Source: Dehalococcoidia bacterium
Lineage (GTDB): Bacteria; Chloroflexota; Dehalococcoidia; Lucifugimonadales; UBA3495
DNA length: 64,000 bases
NCBI GenBank assembly: GCA_965201145.1
Contig: CBDAVT010000002.1
Span: 1,417,084-1,481,083 of the forward strand
Reading direction: 5' to 3'
The notes under the pieces were generated by a model that was not told where the DNA came from, made no database searches, and worked only from the letters and a program-made list of their open reading frames with translations. Both the position numbers and the translations under genes were made by a program. This document shows, piece after piece, positions 62,490 to 64,000 of this stretch (within the stretch, counting starts at the first letter, position 1; each line of letters starts with the position of its first letter).

Positions 62490-64000
62490 ATGGCCCAGTC
62501 ACCCCACGGTGTAAGTTTTGAATCCTATCGTCCGGTAGTTATGGGACGGAACGGGATGGTCTGTTCCGGGCATCCCCTGGCTTCCCAGGCTGGTATTGCC
62601 ATGCTGCAAAAGGGCGGCAACTTTGCCGACGCCGCCCTGGCTACCGCCGCCGCCCTCAACGTAGTGGAACCTCTGATGTCCGGCATCGGCGGCGACGGGT
62701 TCATTATGGTTTACCGCAAGGACACCGACGTACTGGAGGTGTGCAACGGCACCGGCGCCGCTCCCTATGCCGCCACCCGGGAACGCTACCTACCCGACGG
62801 CATCCCGATGAAGGGCATCCTGTCCGTGTCGGTGCCCGGGCTGCTCAACAGTTGGCTGGATGTTCACGAAAAGCACGGCGTCCTGTCCCTGGCCCAATGC
62901 CTGGCCCCGGCCATGGACCTGGCGGACAACGGCTTCCCGGTAACCCACGTCTTGTCCCGGGCCATCGCCTCCGATTCCTTGCTGTGCCAGTTCCCGACAT
63001 CGCAGGCGGTCTTTGCTCCCAATGGTCGGCCCTTGCAGCCCGGGGAAATCTGTTACCAGCGCGACCTGGCCCGCACCTTCCAGACCATCATCGACGGCGG
63101 ACGCGAGGCCTTCTACCGGGGCGAAATTGCCCGGGCCCTGGTCAAGTTCAGCGAAGAACAGGGCGGCCTATTGACCTTGCCGGACCTGGCCGACTGCCGG
63201 GCCCGTTGGCAGGCTCCCATCGCCACCACCTACCACGGCCATACCGTTTACGAAGCGCCGCCCAACTCCAGCGGCCATATCCTGCTCCAGGAGCTTAATC
63301 TGGTGGAGCAGTTTGACTTGCAAGGTATGGGCTGCAACACCGCCGAAAGCATTCATTTAATGGTGGAAGCCAAGAAGCTGGCCTTCATTGACCGGGAGGC
63401 TTACGTCGCCGACCCGGAGTATGTTGATGTGCCGGTGGAGGGTCTGCTGTCCAAGGATTACGCCCGGGAGCGGGCCAGGCTGATTGACCCGGAGCGGGCG
63501 GCCTACGCCGTGCCGGCCGGCAATCCCTGGCCCTATCAGTCCGCCCAGCCCCGGGGTGTACCGGCTCGGGTAGGCGCCGGTCAGGAGCAGGAAGACACTA
63601 CCTGCTTCGTAGTAATGGACGGACAGGGCAACGCCATCTGCCAACTGCAAAGTATTCAGAGCGCCTGGGGTTCCAGCCTCATCGCCGGCGACACCGGCAT
63701 CCTGCTGAACAACCGGATGACCTACTGGCATCTGGAGGAAGACCACGTGGACCGCCTGGAGCCGGGCAAGCGGGTCCGTCATACCATGAATCCGGTGATG
63801 GTCTTCCGCAACGGCGCCGCGTCGGGTAACGGCGCGGGCCGGCAGTTATCTCTGGTCTGCGGCACTCCCGGCGCCGATACCCAGGTACAGACCAATTTAC
63901 AGGTGATTACCCACGTTCTGGACTTCGGGATGACCGTCGCCGAGGCGGTGGAGGCTCCCCGCTGGCGCAATACGCAGAACCCTACCGAGTCCAATGTGCC
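62490..64000 (+). CDS. ggt: Gamma-glutamyltransferase family protein (3' end outside window)
   Basis: My own translation from ATG 62490 gives MAQSPHGVSF...GHPLASQAGIAMLQKGGNFADAA...MSGIGGDGF...EDTTCFVVMD (nucleophile Thr)...TPGADTQVQT. It is open to the window end and is not listed in the ORF track. Confidence 0.85.
   Translation, partial: MAQSPHGVSFESYRPVVMGRNGMVCSGHPLASQAGIAMLQKGGNFADAALATAAALNVVEPLMSGIGGDGFIMVYRKDTDVLEVCNGTGAAPYAATRERYLPDGIPMKGILSVSVPGLLNSWLDVHEKHGVLSLAQCLAPAMDLADNGFPVTHVLSRAIASDSLLCQFPTSQAVFAPNGRPLQPGEICYQRDLARTFQTIIDGGREAFYRGEIARALVKFSEEQGGLLTLPDLADCRARWQAPIATTYHGHTVYEAPPNSSGHILLQELNLVEQFDLQGMGCNTAESIHLMVEAKKLAFIDREAYVADPEYVDVPVEGLLSKDYARERARLIDPERAAYAVPAGNPWPYQSAQPRGVPARVGAGQEQEDTTCFVVMDGQGNAICQLQSIQSAWGSSLIAGDTGILLNNRMTYWHLEEDHVDRLEPGKRVRHTMNPVMVFRNGAASGNGAGRQLSLVCGTPGADTQVQTNLQVITHVLDFGMTVAEAVEAPRWRNTQNPTESNV

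Noticed and set aside
62741-63994. ORFs 62741-63298 (+), 63357-63782 (-) and 63779-63994 (-)
   Set aside because: All lie inside, and out of frame with or antisense to, the gamma-glutamyltransferase frame that I translated from ATG 62490, which carries the GGDGF and DTTCF motifs.

Overview
This is a 64-kb bacterial chromosomal window of roughly 60% GC; the lineage cannot be determined from the sequence alone. All coordinates were counted by hand and may be off by 1-2 nt.

Housekeeping blocks:
- polA 3' end, gltB-gltD, pyk, E1 alpha and E1 beta of a 2-oxoacid dehydrogenase, secG, gatB, acs, a TPP enzyme, and ggt.

Mobile elements and repeats:
- Two 1,207-bp ISAs1-family IS copies.
- Seven copies of a 182-183-bp MITE with the same 17-bp termini and 10-bp target-site duplications (TSDs).
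- About eight copies of a GC-rich composite palindromic (REP-like) element.
- A second repeat family of about 110 nt with RNA-like pairing.

Defence and toxin-antitoxin (TA) type modules:
- A decayed type I R-M operon (hsdM internally deleted) carrying passenger genes and two DUF433/DUF5615 pairs.
- An EcoRV-like type II R-M cassette wedged between the E1 alpha and E1 beta genes.
- An ABC-type ATPase plus small acidic protein pair.
- A PIN module, a MazE/MazF remnant, MqsRA, and a fused MNT-HEPN protein.

Cell-envelope genes:
- A 3.8-kb tandem array of six paralogs, each with its own promoter, encoding tail-anchored coiled-coil proteins.
- Adjacent collagen-like, IPT/TIG and FN3-type surface proteins.

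The most striking pattern is that every IS/MITE insertion lies 8-9 bp upstream of a -35-like hexamer that points away from the element.

Many accessory genes are disrupted. Four have frameshifts at short G/C runs and four have in-frame stop codons. There are also C17 and G16 homopolymers. Read-level validation is therefore needed before calling these pseudogenes.
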